The notes beneath the pieces were generated by a model that saw only the letters and a list, made by a program, of their open reading frames with translations, did no database searches and had not been told where the DNA came from. The translations under genes were made by a program, and so were the position numbers. Below are positions 12,617-26,300 of a DNA stretch of 64,000 nt, one piece after another. The DNA comes from Raillietiella orientalis (taxonomy: Eukaryota): positions 1,736,001 to 1,800,000 of the forward strand of contig JAYWIR010000014.1 in NCBI GenBank assembly GCA_036172245.1. The letters run 5' to 3'. Positions within the stretch are counted from its first letter, which is position 1. Each line of letters begins with the position of its first letter.

Positions 12617-15600
12617 ATGCAACACGGCAAGTATATTCTACACACTATACTTTTGACATATCAACCATTGCAATAACCGTATAAATATGCACTTGGCCAA
12701 TAACTTTGTTTACAGATGGCTCCCATTGTACTACACCATTCGGGTGAGGCAGACCCTTGAATTGATTTCAATACATGCCAACCATTCATGGTTCTCAAAA
12801 GTTTAAACTTGCTGCAATCAGTGGTAACATATATTTGTGAAAAACATATATTTGTCAGAGCTTAAAGAATGACGGAAAAAAAATCTTGAAAGAAACAGAC
12901 GAATCTTCAGACAAATTAATAAATAAAGAAATTCATGGGATTCAGATAAATTAGTAAAATACAGATAAATTAATTATATTAAAAACAGATTTCATCAATG
13001 AGACTTTCTTTGAAATTATTGTTTCCTGTAATGAAAGAGAGCGAAAAAACAATCCAAAAAATAACAACAAGGGAAGAAATAATCTGGAAGGTAGAGCAAA
13101 CTCTGCTGCATTTATATTCTGTGTTTGTTTTCCTTTCCTTTCTAGCTTAAGCAAAAAAAAAAAAACTATAGACTTTAATTTATTACTTTAAACTATAGCT
13201 TTACCAATTACAGTAAACGAAATTTGGAATTCACATTGTCTATATCACATCTATATTCAGGTTCTTGATAAGTCACATTCTCTTGCTCATACACCTATTA
13301 GTAAACTGTTATCATGAAAAGTAATAAATTAATTGGAATTCACAGTTTGGTAATTTTTGAATATCTGGATCTTCAATTTATATACTTTGTTAATTGGAAC
13401 GTTCTTCTCTTCGCAAACTATGAATATCCAAAAACTGATTTTGATAACCACACTTGTCCATCTTCGGTGACATGCGTTCCTTCTGAACTTTTTTGTCTCT
13501 TGCATGTATATATTCGTCACCAATTTCACTCAACACTTTTCAGATTTGAGTCAACGAACAGTCATGTATTGGTTTTAAAATCATATTTCTATTGAAGTCA
13601 CTCAATAGAGCTTATTTCATCGAAATGCTGCAAACTCCTTCATGGACATTATCAACAGCTTGGCATTTTCCTAGTTAGCACCTAGTTAGCACCTCCTTCA
13701 GAGCAACCGGTGTCTTACAAAAAATGCTATAAACATGGTTATGAATCAAATCATCTACTGCTGCAGTTCCAGAAATCGAAATTTTTTGAATTCAGTTCAT
13801 TCAGTTTTTTCAAGCGATCGTATTTCAGGCATTCAACTGCCAGTGATTTCCAACGGCATTCCTAACGATCTGTTCCCCTCTTAATTTGCAGGTCCATGTC
13901 TTCTAAAGCAGCTAGCATAAATTTTATGGCTGCTTTCTTTGAAATGTAATGAAGAAAGAATTCATGTTAAGCGAAGTATTGGTTTACAAATAACATCTCA
14001 TCTTCTGCATAATGATTGAAAATGAGAAAAAAATGAAAAGATATAACAAAAGAAGCAGCGTAAAATCATGTGAGTCTGCAGCAATGTAACGAACTCCTAA
14101 ACTTAGCACTCAGGTTTTTTTATACTGTTTGCTCTTCAGAAAAGTGCTGCAATTCAATAAAGGGCATGCGTACAACGTCGGTTAAAATTTCAATAAAAAT
14201 CCGAATCAAAATGAAACAAAATCGCAGTATCGAGTCCCCTGAATTGCACTCCTTTTGTTTTAAATAAATTCATATTTCTCGAAAAGTGAGAACGTTCTAC
14301 TAGAAGCTGAGGAAACTGAACACATAGTTCAATATTCCCTGTGTTCCAGAAATCGAAAAAATGAAAGCGATTTATAGTCCTTTTATTGATTACTGGAAAC
14401 TGGTAACTGGGGGTTTGCAAGAGTTTTATGTAGAAAATGTGGATAGAATATGGAACAGTCAGAGGGATACTAGGAGTTAAAAGGCATCAGAACAATAAGA
14501 AATAAGAAGGAAGGTTGCATCACAGCGAAGACCGGAGCAGCCACCACAAATAACAATTCACACTTTCCAAGGGCTCAATGAAGCTTACGTGCTAATTTGC
14601 ACTGTTCTTTTCCTCTTTGGAAACGATGAGGTTCAGTTGCAGATGAGACGAGCTTTGTGAAGGTCGGCCCATTGCCGCTCTCAACTACAGTGGGAACTCT
14701 GAAAAGGTGGCGTTCCTCCAAAGTAATAGAGCACATGTTAAGGGTGTCTTCTGAGTGAACTGCATACTCATCAAGGGAATGGAGAGCATGCATGGGGTTC
14801 CTAGGAAACTCTTGTTGACAGCCTACCTACAGGCTAGGTACCTTCTTCCCAAAGAGCCCAACAACAGCTGTCAGCCAATAAGATTGCAGTAAAAGGAGAG
14901 ATGCATCGGCTAGGTTCACTCGGATGCAGAGAAAGTCGGGGTAGGCTCTGGGGGGTAAGCTCTGAAGGTCTACTGAGGAACACAATTTCACCATTGAGTT
15001 CCCTTTCAGTTGGTTTTCTTTGGAAGGGACCTTTGGCCATCACATGTCTGAAAAGAGGAAAATTGGATCGTGGCAGAAACTGCTCATCATCATTGCATAC
15101 GCCTTCCTCCCCGATGAAGGTCGCTGAGAAACCATTACTGTGAAATCACAAGCTTGAAACTGTGCCGTTATAGAGACTGCTGCGTCCCCGGAAGAAAAAC
15201 TAAGATGTTCTCATTTCCTCTGAGAAACTAAGCGCTGACCATTCTCTCTGATTCTTAGGCACTCCAGAAACAACTGTTGGCTGTATCAAGGAAGGGAAAC
15301 TTTACCTTTACTTTTTGTATTTCCGAGGAAAAAAAAAAAAAAGGGTGTTTGAGGAAGTGCAAGCTCCAGGTGCACAGAATGGAATTCTAATGCTCTTCCT
15401 GTGACATTAACGCTGTCTCCTCCCCATCTTTTACTTTTAATGCCTTGAAGATTCTTTTCAGTTTTCCAATTTCTTGCAGCAAAGCTCTGCTTGCGTCAGC
15501 TCTTGCTGTGTTCCAATTGCTTGAGGCAGAGACCGCCTTTCTTGTTCCATCTTGTTCAGAGCCACAAGAGCGTCCCGCGTGCAAATGGCAAAGGAGGAAG

Positions 15601-17358
15601 ACTGTCCATCCCTTCTTTTCCTAACTCTGGATGACTGATCACGGTCTGGCTCTTCAGAAAGAAAGTCAGATGCAAATCTTTCTGAGTCCTTTTTATGTTT
15701 TCGCTATTTTCCTTCCAGCTTTGCTTTTTTTCGGGTTTCTTTATTTTTGGTTCGCCGAGTACTTCAAGAGTCATTATCGCGCTCCTGGTGACGGCTCAAG
15801 CAGCTATTTGACACTGTTCCACGCTACCCGACGCTACACGCTACCCGTGTAACTCTTCAAGATAAGGGGTACTCCGGAAGGGGACCGTCCTATAAATCCA
15901 AGAAGGGCTTGGAGTCCGTTCCTCTCACGCCTGGGGAGGGGAGAGATCCCGAAGAGAACCTCCACCCTGGTTGTGACCGAAGGGAACACTGAAGGGAATT
16001 ACCCTTCCTTATCTTCTCCGGAGGAAGTCTTGGAGGGGTCCACTCCATTTTTTTTCTCCGCAGGTGAACCCGGAAAGGACCCGCTAGCAGGAATTTCTTC
16101 TCCAGAGGGAAAACCCGCAAGAAAACCGCTCCTGTTTACTCCTCTGAAGAGAACCCCGAAGGGACGCTTCCGAAATTTTCTCTAGAGGGCGCTCCCCAAA
16201 GAAAGAGGCACACTTTTTTGCACTCTGGAGAGGTGGTAACACATCTACTCCATGGTAGGACACCGAGGGTCCCCCCTACGGGGGATCCTCTCCTTTCACA
16301 ACCAGAGGGGAACTCTTGCCCCTTGATTCCTGGAAGGATCCGGAGGTCGACTCCCATTGTCCCAGTCACTCATCGGGGTATCTGGTTTGAACCGCTACCA
16401 GCGCCGCATCAGACTGAATGTAGTTCAACCAGCATCATCTTGCAGGAGGAACTAGAACCCACGACGCATCCATCTCTCTGGCTTCAATTCTTTCTGAGCA
16501 TTCGAACCCGCGACTCCTGGTGGCACGCCTTGAGGAGTGACCACACGGCCCCCAACCCGAGCGTCCTTCACTCCAGACGAGTTAATTTTTTTCATTCGTT
16601 CGAGGCTGACAAAGTTCAGCCTTGGTGTCTGTGCCATCAACTTCCTCGCGAGTTTGCGTCTGCACCACAATCTTTGCGGGAAAGTTCTAGACGTCGATCT
16701 TGACCGTGAGCAGCCGGTCCACTTTTCCCTGCCTCATCCGCCCTGCTCCTAGGGGCTGGGGAAGCATTCGAGGAGGAAGACGAGAAGTCGGATCAAGAGC
16801 GGAAGACTACCGAAACAGCTCGAGCTGAAGAGGCCTTTGGGGTCTCCCAGAGAGTCCACTCAGCTGACGAAACGCAAAACGGGTCGGATGGCATCATCGG
16901 GCAGGCAACGACTTTGGTTTGAGGCGGGAGACCGAGCTCCTGAACAGCGCTTGGGTCGGGTCGTGGGGCAAACCACCTCCTGGGCGTCTCAAGAAGATCG
17001 GGGATGGTGCACCATGACGGCGGTGAGCGCAAAGCCGCCTTCGCTTTCCTGAGATCTCGGACTGTTTGTTTCCCCATTCATGATTTGAAACCGACCTTGT
17101 GAAAGACCTCGGCAAGATTCGTCTCTTCCTGCTGCTGGATACCTCCCCAGTGCGCGACGTTCCAGGAGTTGGAGACCCTGTTCCGGAGAAGGGCGACTGG
17201 CACGCGAGCGTGAGTTCCGGGACGCCACGGGAAGAGGTAGTACCCTGCCTCCTCCTGCTACCAGGAGCAGACAGCTCCCGTTTCCCAGGAATATCGCTTG
17301 GAAGATGAGCCCCTCCCCCCAGGACTATGATCTAACGGTCAAGCCTCGAACTGGCTAA
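12617..17358 (+). CDS. Speculative multi-exon orphan gene, head-to-head with TULP4 (~132 aa, no recognised homology)
   Basis: Phase-compatible GT-AG chain assembled by eye: 12617-12630, 12716-12743, 13261-13300, 13544-13565, 13892-13945, 16605-16705, 17106-17209, 17323-17358. It reads MQHGKWLPLYYTIRVLDKSHSLAHTPINLSQRTVMSMSSKAASINFMAAFFEMLTKFSLGVCAINFLASLRLHHNLCGKVLDVDLDHLGKIRLFLLLDTSPVRDVPGVGDPVPEKGDWHASDYDLTVKPRTG*. Two acceptors (GAG, AAG) are weak and the exons are small, so it may be a chance assembly. Confidence 0.22.
15748..16562 (-). mobile_element. tRNA-derived SINE-like element, old diverged full-length copy (copy 1)
   Basis: Colinear with the 29.5 kb copy (for example gagtccgttcctct, ctctgaagagaac.ccgaagggacgcttcc, ctggagaggtgg, ctccatggta). 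B-box-like GGGTTCGAATGC on minus at ~16498-16509 and an A-rich end on minus near 15.75 kb. Ends approximate. Confidence 0.75.
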
Positions 17359-20300
17359 GGAGGACGAGGATCGCGGCGGATCGACGATGACGCCCAGCAT
17401 CTGAGCTTTTTTCCGGATCTACTGGGATGGGAGGGAGCTTTCATCCTACTAGTGGGGAAGGAGAGATCCCTGATTGGAATGCAAAGGAGACCGTTCCGAG
17501 GAGGCGCAGCAGTTGGGGAAGGCAGGAGGGAGAGAGAGACGAGAGAGGAGTCTTCAGGAACAGGGTGCCGCTCTTTGGGCAAACCAAGGACCAACTCCAT
17601 GGAGATCACGGCAGCAGGTGTCGTCCCTTGTAGGCAGGAGCAAACAACTCCAAACCGCAAGTCCACACGGAGGGAATGCCCTCCCCCCCCAGTCTCGCAT
17701 CTCTGGAAAGTCCTCCACAAAAACGGGAAACGTAACAAGGGGGCGTCTCAGGGGAAGAAGAAAATTCCTAGGTGTCCCGCAAAAGAGCCGTTCCAGGATG
17801 GACATCTTCTTCTTGTCAAGGGCAGCTGTCCTCTTTCTGGAAGGGAACCGGAGCTTGTCGACGGGTGAATGGAAAGGAGGGTAGGAGGTTTCGGCGACCA
17901 GCAGAGGAGAAGCAGGAGCGGGCGAACCCTTGACAAGAAGCTCCAGCTTGGAAAAGCTCCAGCCTCGATGCAGGAGAGGTTTCTTCCCAGGATGGGCGAT
18001 GGTAACGATCATTCGCTGAGATCCGGTGTTCTCTCCTCAGGGCGAATGCCATCCCCTCAGCAGCAGCCACCTAGGCTCGGAGGAGGAGAAATGAGAAGAG
18101 ATGAAGGAGGCGCGTTGCCCTGAGAATAAAGACGTGCTCTCCTCCCCGAGTCTCCTCCTCCTCCTCCCTCCCGTCTACCTCTGGTGTCCAAGAAGGCGAA
18201 TATGTCAGGGGAACGGGCATCCAGGGGTCCGACTAGAGGGCGGGGACTCTCAGAGAGCTCTCTCCCAGGGCCTATCGCCAGCTGGGGACGGACCTGTCAG
18301 ACTGAACGGGAAGTCGATTCTTTCCCGACCTAACCCCTTTTGAGGAGAGTGAAGAGGCTGGGGAGGGGGGGTAGAAGAAAATGGGTCAAAGGAGGGGGGA
18401 AGGTGAGCCCAAGACGGTGGTCTCCACAGCGAGCCAAAGATCCATTAGGGCTCGTCCGTCACGCCTGTGGCGCCGAGCTGCGTCCTGGAGCGTTCTCCGA
18501 CGGCTTCTGGGAAAAGCCCGAAGAGGAAGACGAGGAAAGCGTTGGGACGCAGGGGAGGTCCGGCCGACCGAGGTGGAGATCTGTCCCAAGTGCTTTTTCC
18601 CCAAGCGCCAGACGAGTGCGCGGCGGGCAATCCCAAGTCTTCCGGCTGCCGCCGCCGACGACGACAGCGCCTCCGACCGCCCGGAACGCCGCGGGTTAGC
18701 AGGTGGGGAGCGAGGCAAAGGACTAGGCAGCTCCGGGATGTGGGCGGGAAGGTTCGAGAAACCGAGGCCTCCGAAGAGTCGGCGATTTCTGGCCGGTGGT
18801 TGAGGCGTGGCTGCCCTCCATTCCACAAAAAAAGTCCTTTCTTACACCTTCCCATCCCCTTGCTGCCAGCGCTCCCTCGCTCGTCAGATCTTCGTCCCTC
18901 CCGCATCCTATGGAGCCAACTCACTTGCTCATTTTGATTCCTTCCCGGAGAGTGGGGATATCTCCTTCGGTTTATGAAAGCAAGAACACCGCCCCGACTA
19001 GCACCTACGGGATCGATTCGCGTGGGTGATGCAGGAGGGGTCGGATAACCCTTGCCATCCCCAGCCGCCGCTGTTCGTTCCCCAGGAGAGATTCCGCGCA
19101 ATGCCCTTTTATCGACTGTCCCTTCCGATCTCAGGCTTCCTCCTCCTCCGACGGGTCACTCCCTCGCGGAACTTCCTGCTGGCTTCACTCCCCTTCGAAG
19201 GCTGGAGCGCATCCGGAAAAAAATTCCCAGAAGGAGTCTCTAAGGTCTCTAAAGTTCACAATTGGTTAAATGAAGGGCGAATTTTAGTCGCTAAAGACCG
19301 CCATATAGAACCAAGGGCAGTGAGAGTGGGAGGCACTGGATCGAAGTATCTGGCGTGCCACATGAGGCCTGAGCAGAGGCAGAGGAAGACGCGACTGCAG
19401 GGGTAGACGTAAGGAAGAGGACGTTGGAAGGAGCGTGCCAGGTTCCAGAACAGGAAGGGAAAAGAGGAGGAGGCGCCGGCGGGTGGATATCCTTAAGTCT
19501 GACCCGCGATCAAGGAAACCGGAATGGAGGAAGAAAGGAGCTCATCTCCTTAGGTGTGCGTGTCCGAGCCTTTTTTCCTTTCCTTTTTGCAGCTGGATCG
19601 CCAAGGAGTGGTCCTTCGGTGAAGCGAAAAGGTCAGAATTGCAAGCCAACGGCAGCTCTCGTTCGGTCGCTTAATTCCGGGATCACTGCTACCCCCATCT
19701 GTTCGTGAGAAAGAAGAGGGCCAGGAAGGCATCCTGCCCGATCCGCCATGGCCTCCATGCTGACCAAAGCTCCCTCCAGGGCATCGATTGCAGAAACCTC
19801 GGACGGCTACAGGAACGAAGTTCCTGAGATTGGCACAAGTTGAAACTAGAATCTTCGGTGGGAGATTTCGTATGAATCGATTCCTGGAGCAGACACGGGA
19901 GTCATGCTACTTGGAGAGGCAAGGCGTCCAGAAACTTCCAACTGCCATCCCAGAAAGTCTTGCTTGTTTTGTCTTATCATCGATTTTTCGAAAGCAGATT
20001 TGACAGCCTCTTCCATCATTCTTCTTTAACTCAAACGAATGTCCTCCCTAGTTGGGAAAAGCTATGGGCTCACTTGCATTCCTTTTGATTACGCTGACTA
20101 CCCTTCCAATTTCCCATATTTATGGTCAGGATGCACTGGAAGTCACTATGTAGTAATATTCAACTCCTCTACCGAACAGATCAGCAAAATGAATCGAAAA
20201 AGCGGAGCATAAAATTCATAGCACTTTGGAGGCTGACGGAGAAACATGAACTTCTTTTTTCTCATTTAATCCTTTAGGGTCTAAGCCGAAGCTGTACGAA

Positions 20301-23300
20301 AAAAACAGTGAAACGAAAGCTCATGGAAGAGGACAAAAATAAGAAGCCATAAAAAGAAATGAAAGGAGTAGAATGTTGTGAAATGAAACAAAATCAAATA
20401 AAGAGAAGATAAATGGAATACAACACATTGCAACAACATAAGGTTCAAAATCATGTGCCTATTTTTTTTTTTTTTTTTTTTTAATAAAGCATTTGCAAGA
20501 CACATAACCGGAGCGTAGAGGCAGTGTGGTTTTGTTTCGAGGTTGCACATATGAAAAAAAAATGGAGATCCCTGATTTTTTTTTTTTGCTCGAGACTTTC
20601 TCCACAATCAGCAGGGCTATTTATAAATGCCTGCGCATAGGCTGCAGGATATCAATACGTGAAATCATATTTTTTTTTTTTTTTTAGCTTTCCGTAAGTA
20701 TTACTAAATGATAAGACAAGGATCTCACTCCAGAATTTTTCCAGTACACTAGATTTTATTCTGCAATTTATGTGTGCATAAGAAACTCAAAGTTCCCCAT
20801 GAGAGTAAATGAATGACGCAAAGACAATCATCGCATCATCGCGTATCGCATGCAAAATTCGTTGAAGCAGTATTATCCTGAAATTAGAAATCACACACCA
20901 AGACAAATCACAAGCCGTAACTTCTTCAGCCACAATGCCATTACTCATACTATTATCTAAGATTACATTGTTTTGAGCGGAAATTCGGAAATTACCAATT
21001 GCGAGGTTGAGTTAGAATCTGACTTTTATCAACGCCACACCTTCATTGTAGTATATGCACCGTCGAAGCAGGTGCACATTGTGTATTCACTGTCCTTGAA
21101 CAAGATGTGGAAGGATTTCAGACCTTCATTGCTAGATGATCCACCTAGCAATGAGGGTCAATCTTTTCATCATCTGAAATCGGAAAGTCATCGAAACTTG
21201 CATGCCTTCATTATTACGTACAACTGTTTCTGACCTTTCGTTCCACCATTTCTCGCTCAACTGCCTTCATAAGCTTTTAAGCAATTTAAGAGAAAGAACA
21301 CGAGGAAAATTTTTCGTTTTTTTCTTTATTCTGTTCTTTATTCTTTCAGCTTTCCTAAGTTTAAAAGCTATGAATTTAATGAATGTTTCAGAAATGAAAT
21401 GGCTTTCAGAGAACAGAGAGTAGCTGATATTCTATTTCAGGAATTCTATGCAAAGAGCTAGAAAATCATGAAAACTACGGCTTTCTTTTCTGTATCCGCT
21501 TGGATAAATTGTCCAGCCTATCACCAATCTCTTTTTATGGGTTCGTGAAAATTTTGCTTTATTTTCAGTGTCTGTCGTTATCAGTTCAGAAATGTCAACA
21601 TTTTGCAGAATGTTTCTGTTTTCATAACTGGCGAGAAAAGTGTTTTCCAGATCAGCTAAAGAATTCTGCAAACATCCATTCTGCCAAGATTCAATTATGC
21701 AATTAAGTGTACACTAGGAGGCTTGGAAGCAAATGAATAAGTACCTTCGAAGACAAAGTCAAGAATAGATCCCAGAATCCAAAGACTAAGGAAATATCTT
21801 TTTCCTTTCTTTCGATCGTCCATGATCTTTGGAGTTCAGGAAAATTTTCATCTCCAAAGTCTAGGGGAGTAAAATGAAATTATTTAAGAAGAAGTGATCC
21901 ATTAATTCCATCTTTCCATTAAATCTGCCAGGATTTTTTTTGCAGGATTCCAGTTTATGACTCCTGGAGGTGTGTACTGTAATAATTCAATTGCAGCTTT
22001 CATGCCAAATGTCGTTCGTTCTCCTCCAGTTTTCGGCATTGCAAGTGCTGGTAATGGGATAGAGATGTAACAGGTGTTTAATTCGCCATCTTTTCAGGAA
22101 TCGAATGTGTTCTGGATTTGTTTTAACAACAGCTTCCGCTTCAAGAGCTTTGAAAGGTATGCAGTGCCAAAGTCGAATGTCGGACCCAGAAACCAACTGA
22201 TAAGGATAACGATTTAAATCCCGATAAGAATATTTTCAAGAATTCCTAACCAACTTGCAAAAGAGTTATCGATCGTCTTGAATGCTCAAGGAGACTCAAA
22301 AGGAGAGCGTAAATTTCTTCCTTCATTTCCATGAAGGCCCTTAGATTGATTACTCCCAGTCGGACAAGAGGAAAAAGAAAAAGAGAAGAGAAGGAAGAGA
22401 GAAGAAAAGCAATTTTTCGTGTACCAATCTGTGTACTAAATATCTCAGAAAATTCCTAGGATGTTTGTTTTTCGATCAGATGTCCAAGCGATCAAAGAAA
22501 GGCTAACCCTTCCTATATGAATAAACTGCAGTAATGATCGGCCGATGTCCTTAGGCCTCGAAAATGGAGTTTCACTTCTGAGGAATGAAGGAACGAAGAC
22601 AACTGAAAGTCATCCCGAATTTCGTTTTCTACACAAGCAAGGGAACATGTTCAGCTGAAGTTGTGAATATCCAAGGGCAGAGGCATTTCGTCTCTTACGC
22701 CTCTGGATACTTAAGAAAAGTCAAAAGACATTTTCGAAGCAAGGGCCGTTCAGAAGGAAATTTTGATTGGCGTCTCCCACTTAGAATTTTTCCTTCAAGG
22801 AAGCGAAGGAATTTTCAAGAAATTCAATGTAATGTGCATTCGATTTTCGTTGCTCCAGAACATACGCTAAACAAAGCGTATCTTTAAAAGACCGTATCTG
22901 CGGGAGAACACGGTGATCTCGTTAAATCTGCAAGGAAATGACTAAAACAAAAATATGAGGAAAAGTCTCATGCTGTTTCCTTAATTCAGGCAATTGCTGT
23001 TGCCTGAGATGTATGTTTTCTAGTGGCGTCTGATTTCTTTTTTGTCTGGGCGTAAAAAATTAATCTCCAGAGTTCTGAGAACAGTGACAAACAAGAAAAT
23101 GAAAATGCACTCGACGATAAACAGCGTACCAGGGGATGCAAAAGGTAACAAAAGATTATAACTAAGCGTATGTGTGCCACGGTCATTTTGGTCGAGACAC
23201 TCCTTACCAGAACAGAAGGTTTGGAATGTACATTGTAACTCCCAATGCAGTCTCTTTTGTGGTACATGAGCGACCATACACGACATAAGGCAATTACTCG

Positions 23301-26300
23301 GTATGGGTTAAGTGACCTGGAGATGAAGGAATGAAAGCAGCGGCTTTCAATAGCGGCCTGTCCGCTCCAGGATGCCGCAATACTGACTTTTTCTGAAGCG
23401 CTTCGGCCTGCGGGCGCGAAACACGAATTCCATCATAGAGACTATCGCTATGGACCGTCAAAGAACAGAATCGCTCACAGAAGAGAACCTCGAACAAGAC
23501 ACTCCATGCGGATAAACTGAAAATGCTTTCCGAGAAACCATAAGACTGAGAAAATACGAAGACTGCATTTACGAAGCTGGTTGACACATGGAAATGCTCC
23601 TTGGTGCAAGGCATTATTCATTGCTTCGTTCGCCTTTCGAAAAATAAGGGAGAAATCAAGATGACAGCTTTTCAAGTACCATGTTTTTTTTTTTTTTCAA
23701 AAAAAAAGAAAAACAGACACGAAACGAACAATCGAAATGCAAATTATCAGATTTGCCGCTCCTCCTTGAAGAATAAATTACGAGCAGCCCACAATCCCCA
23801 GGATATTCCTGCAGATTGAACGAAAGTTACCCCCAATCCCAGAAGATAGATAAGAAATTCATTTAGAAATTTGAGTACGCAATACTTTATTTCCAAAGCT
23901 ATCGATTAATGGGGAGATTGTTTTTTAGAAGGAAAGAAGCGATTATGAGCCATGTCGAGTTCCTTCCTTTTCGAAGATTTGACTATAAGACACATCGAGA
24001 TTTAACGCATGCTGTACTCTTATGATGATGATTTGAGCGGGTGTCCAATGTGGGATCAGCTCCTCAAAAAGGGTGGACGAATCATCCTCATAATCCACAG
24101 AATGTGCTCTCAATTATCGATCCATCGCAGTTTCAAGGTCGGATTTCAGCATGAATGAGTACAAATGAGATCAGGGCTAGCATCAGTTTAGAGTTAGCAT
24201 TGCATATATTAAAAACATTATAATGTAATAATAAAGTATAATTATGCCACATGAGTAATGGATGCACCCCTGCATTTGCTCTATGAAGTATGGTATCCAA
24301 AACTTAATCGTGTTGCTCCTATATGGATTATGCGTGATCGAAAAGCCTCTTAGATCTTCATAATTAGGTGCCGACGACTTGTGTAAATCAGTTGGGTAAA
24401 CATCCTTAATCATACTAATAATTGTCATTAGTAGGAATATTATCGGTACATGGTAGCCAACAGAACCTCTTAAAACAGTGATGGCCACTATCACTCATAT
24501 TTTTATAATTTAATATGTGGAGGAAGATGAAGTGTGAAAAAATGAAATTATATGAACGGAATCGAACATTGTGAAGTTTAACCGTTATTTTTTTCATGAT
24601 CACTTTCATTGAGCATGACTCAGGGTTTTCTGTATATTATCTTGTTTCCATTCTTTTGGAGTCTTCTACGTGTGAAAGCAGTTGCCGTATAACGCAGTTG
24701 CTTTCCTTTTTTGCTCTTTTTAAGCAAATTCTTTGAGGTGACGATTCTTTGATCACCTTTTCTTAGTAAGAATGCTACCTTCTTATTATTTTTCATACTT
24801 ACTGTCAAGCACCTTACGATATGATTTTCGTGAGAAATCTTCCTCAGAAAGATTTTGCTAACTAAGTTTCCTTCCTCTATAATGTCATTTAACATGACAT
24901 TATAGAGGCAGTTTCCATTTTTGTTTCGAAATTTCATCTCCACCTCTGGGTAACTTCCATCTTTAGGTGCCTTCCCAATACGTTCGGCTTTTTCGAAGTC
25001 GGCTGCTTGACAACATTGAACTATGGAGCCATGCATGTACTTAAATACAGAAACGAAAGTCAGCAAGCGATTTTTGGAGACATTGCACTTTCCAGTCACA
25101 GCTCCGTGCTGTCGCTAATTTATCAGGAGATTCACTTTTAAATTCTTAACCAACGATGGAATCTCGGAACCTTCCGTCATACTTCAAAATTCTTCTGTAG
25201 TACTGAATACTAATTGAGATTGAGTACTGTGAACTTACAAATGGCAACATGATAATCTTCGGGAATGCTCGACGAGTGAGCATGAATAGTTTTGTAGGGC
25301 CAAAGAAAGCTTGAGAGTCTACGACATGTCTTGTATAAATGTAATGCAACAGAGACGAAAGGTTCCTCTTACAATGTAGGATGTTGCTGCTTCCTTTCTA
25401 ATTTTCTAATTTGCACAACATGGCTAAACCTTCTCCCTATCCACTTGCGAAATCGTATTCTAGGAAAAAAAAAAAAAAAAAGATGCAAATTTTTTCGAAC
25501 TATCGATTCTTCGATGCTCATTCGTATTCTCAGTCCTCGTTCCGAAGACACTTTTCTGCATATGGTTGCCTGGCTATCGACACATGTGACTTCTGCTTCT
25601 AAATAATGATGAAAACCTATCACTGCTTGGTTCCCAGCCCCACTTTCAGTCACAGTCATTCACTGATGTCGTCGTATCATCCCATCGATTGGAACGTTTC
25701 ACTTTCATCTAACTTTGGACCCGCTGGCCCGTGGAAGCAACTCGTCTTGCGTGGCCCCATAGCGACGCGGAAAAGTAATCTTCACCATTTTCCTAACTCT
25801 TTAATCCTCGAACACTCTTTTTCAAGGAGTGGCTAGTTTGTTCATGCGTCTGAAAGGTTGGAAAGGCAGTCCAAGGTCGCATTCAAATTTGTGACTATGC
25901 TCAAAATATCATCCCGTCATTCGGTTATGTGCGTGTTCTCAGTATATTTGTTCGTGTAGCAAATTATACTTTAATGCGACGGTCGTAACTACGGAAACGA
26001 AGCAGCAAACCAAACTCACGAATCGTTCCTCGATGGGGGCTAGGGAAAAGTAGGAAAGCTTATATCATGTTTAGGTATCACACGCGTACGTAATGTGAGA
26101 TAAACGCTAAAGGCTTCACCAATGACTGCTCATAAACTGCAACCTTCACGACGGAATATTGGCGTTGCTACCCCGCCGTGCTCCCCTATCTGAGTTTCTT
26201 TCAAATTCGGAGGAGCAGGGCTGCCTCTGAATTTTTCCACGTTTCCACAAATACTTTCTTCCGAGAGATTTTTTTTCCCTTTGCTGGAGGAGGGGCTGCT

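Noticed and set aside
14600..15150. GC-richer island resembling an old mobile-element fragment
   Set aside because: No second copy, termini or coding motif could be established within the window.
16141..16190. Hammerhead-like CTGAAGA...CGAAA in SINE copy 1
   Set aside because: Stem II/III pairing is poor, it is on the antisense strand of the element, and GAAA is absent in copies 2 and 3.
24183..25099. DFEKA and QGC strings resembling RT motifs on minus strand
   Set aside because: They are ~730 nt apart, far more than in real RT domains, and the flanking residues do not fit.
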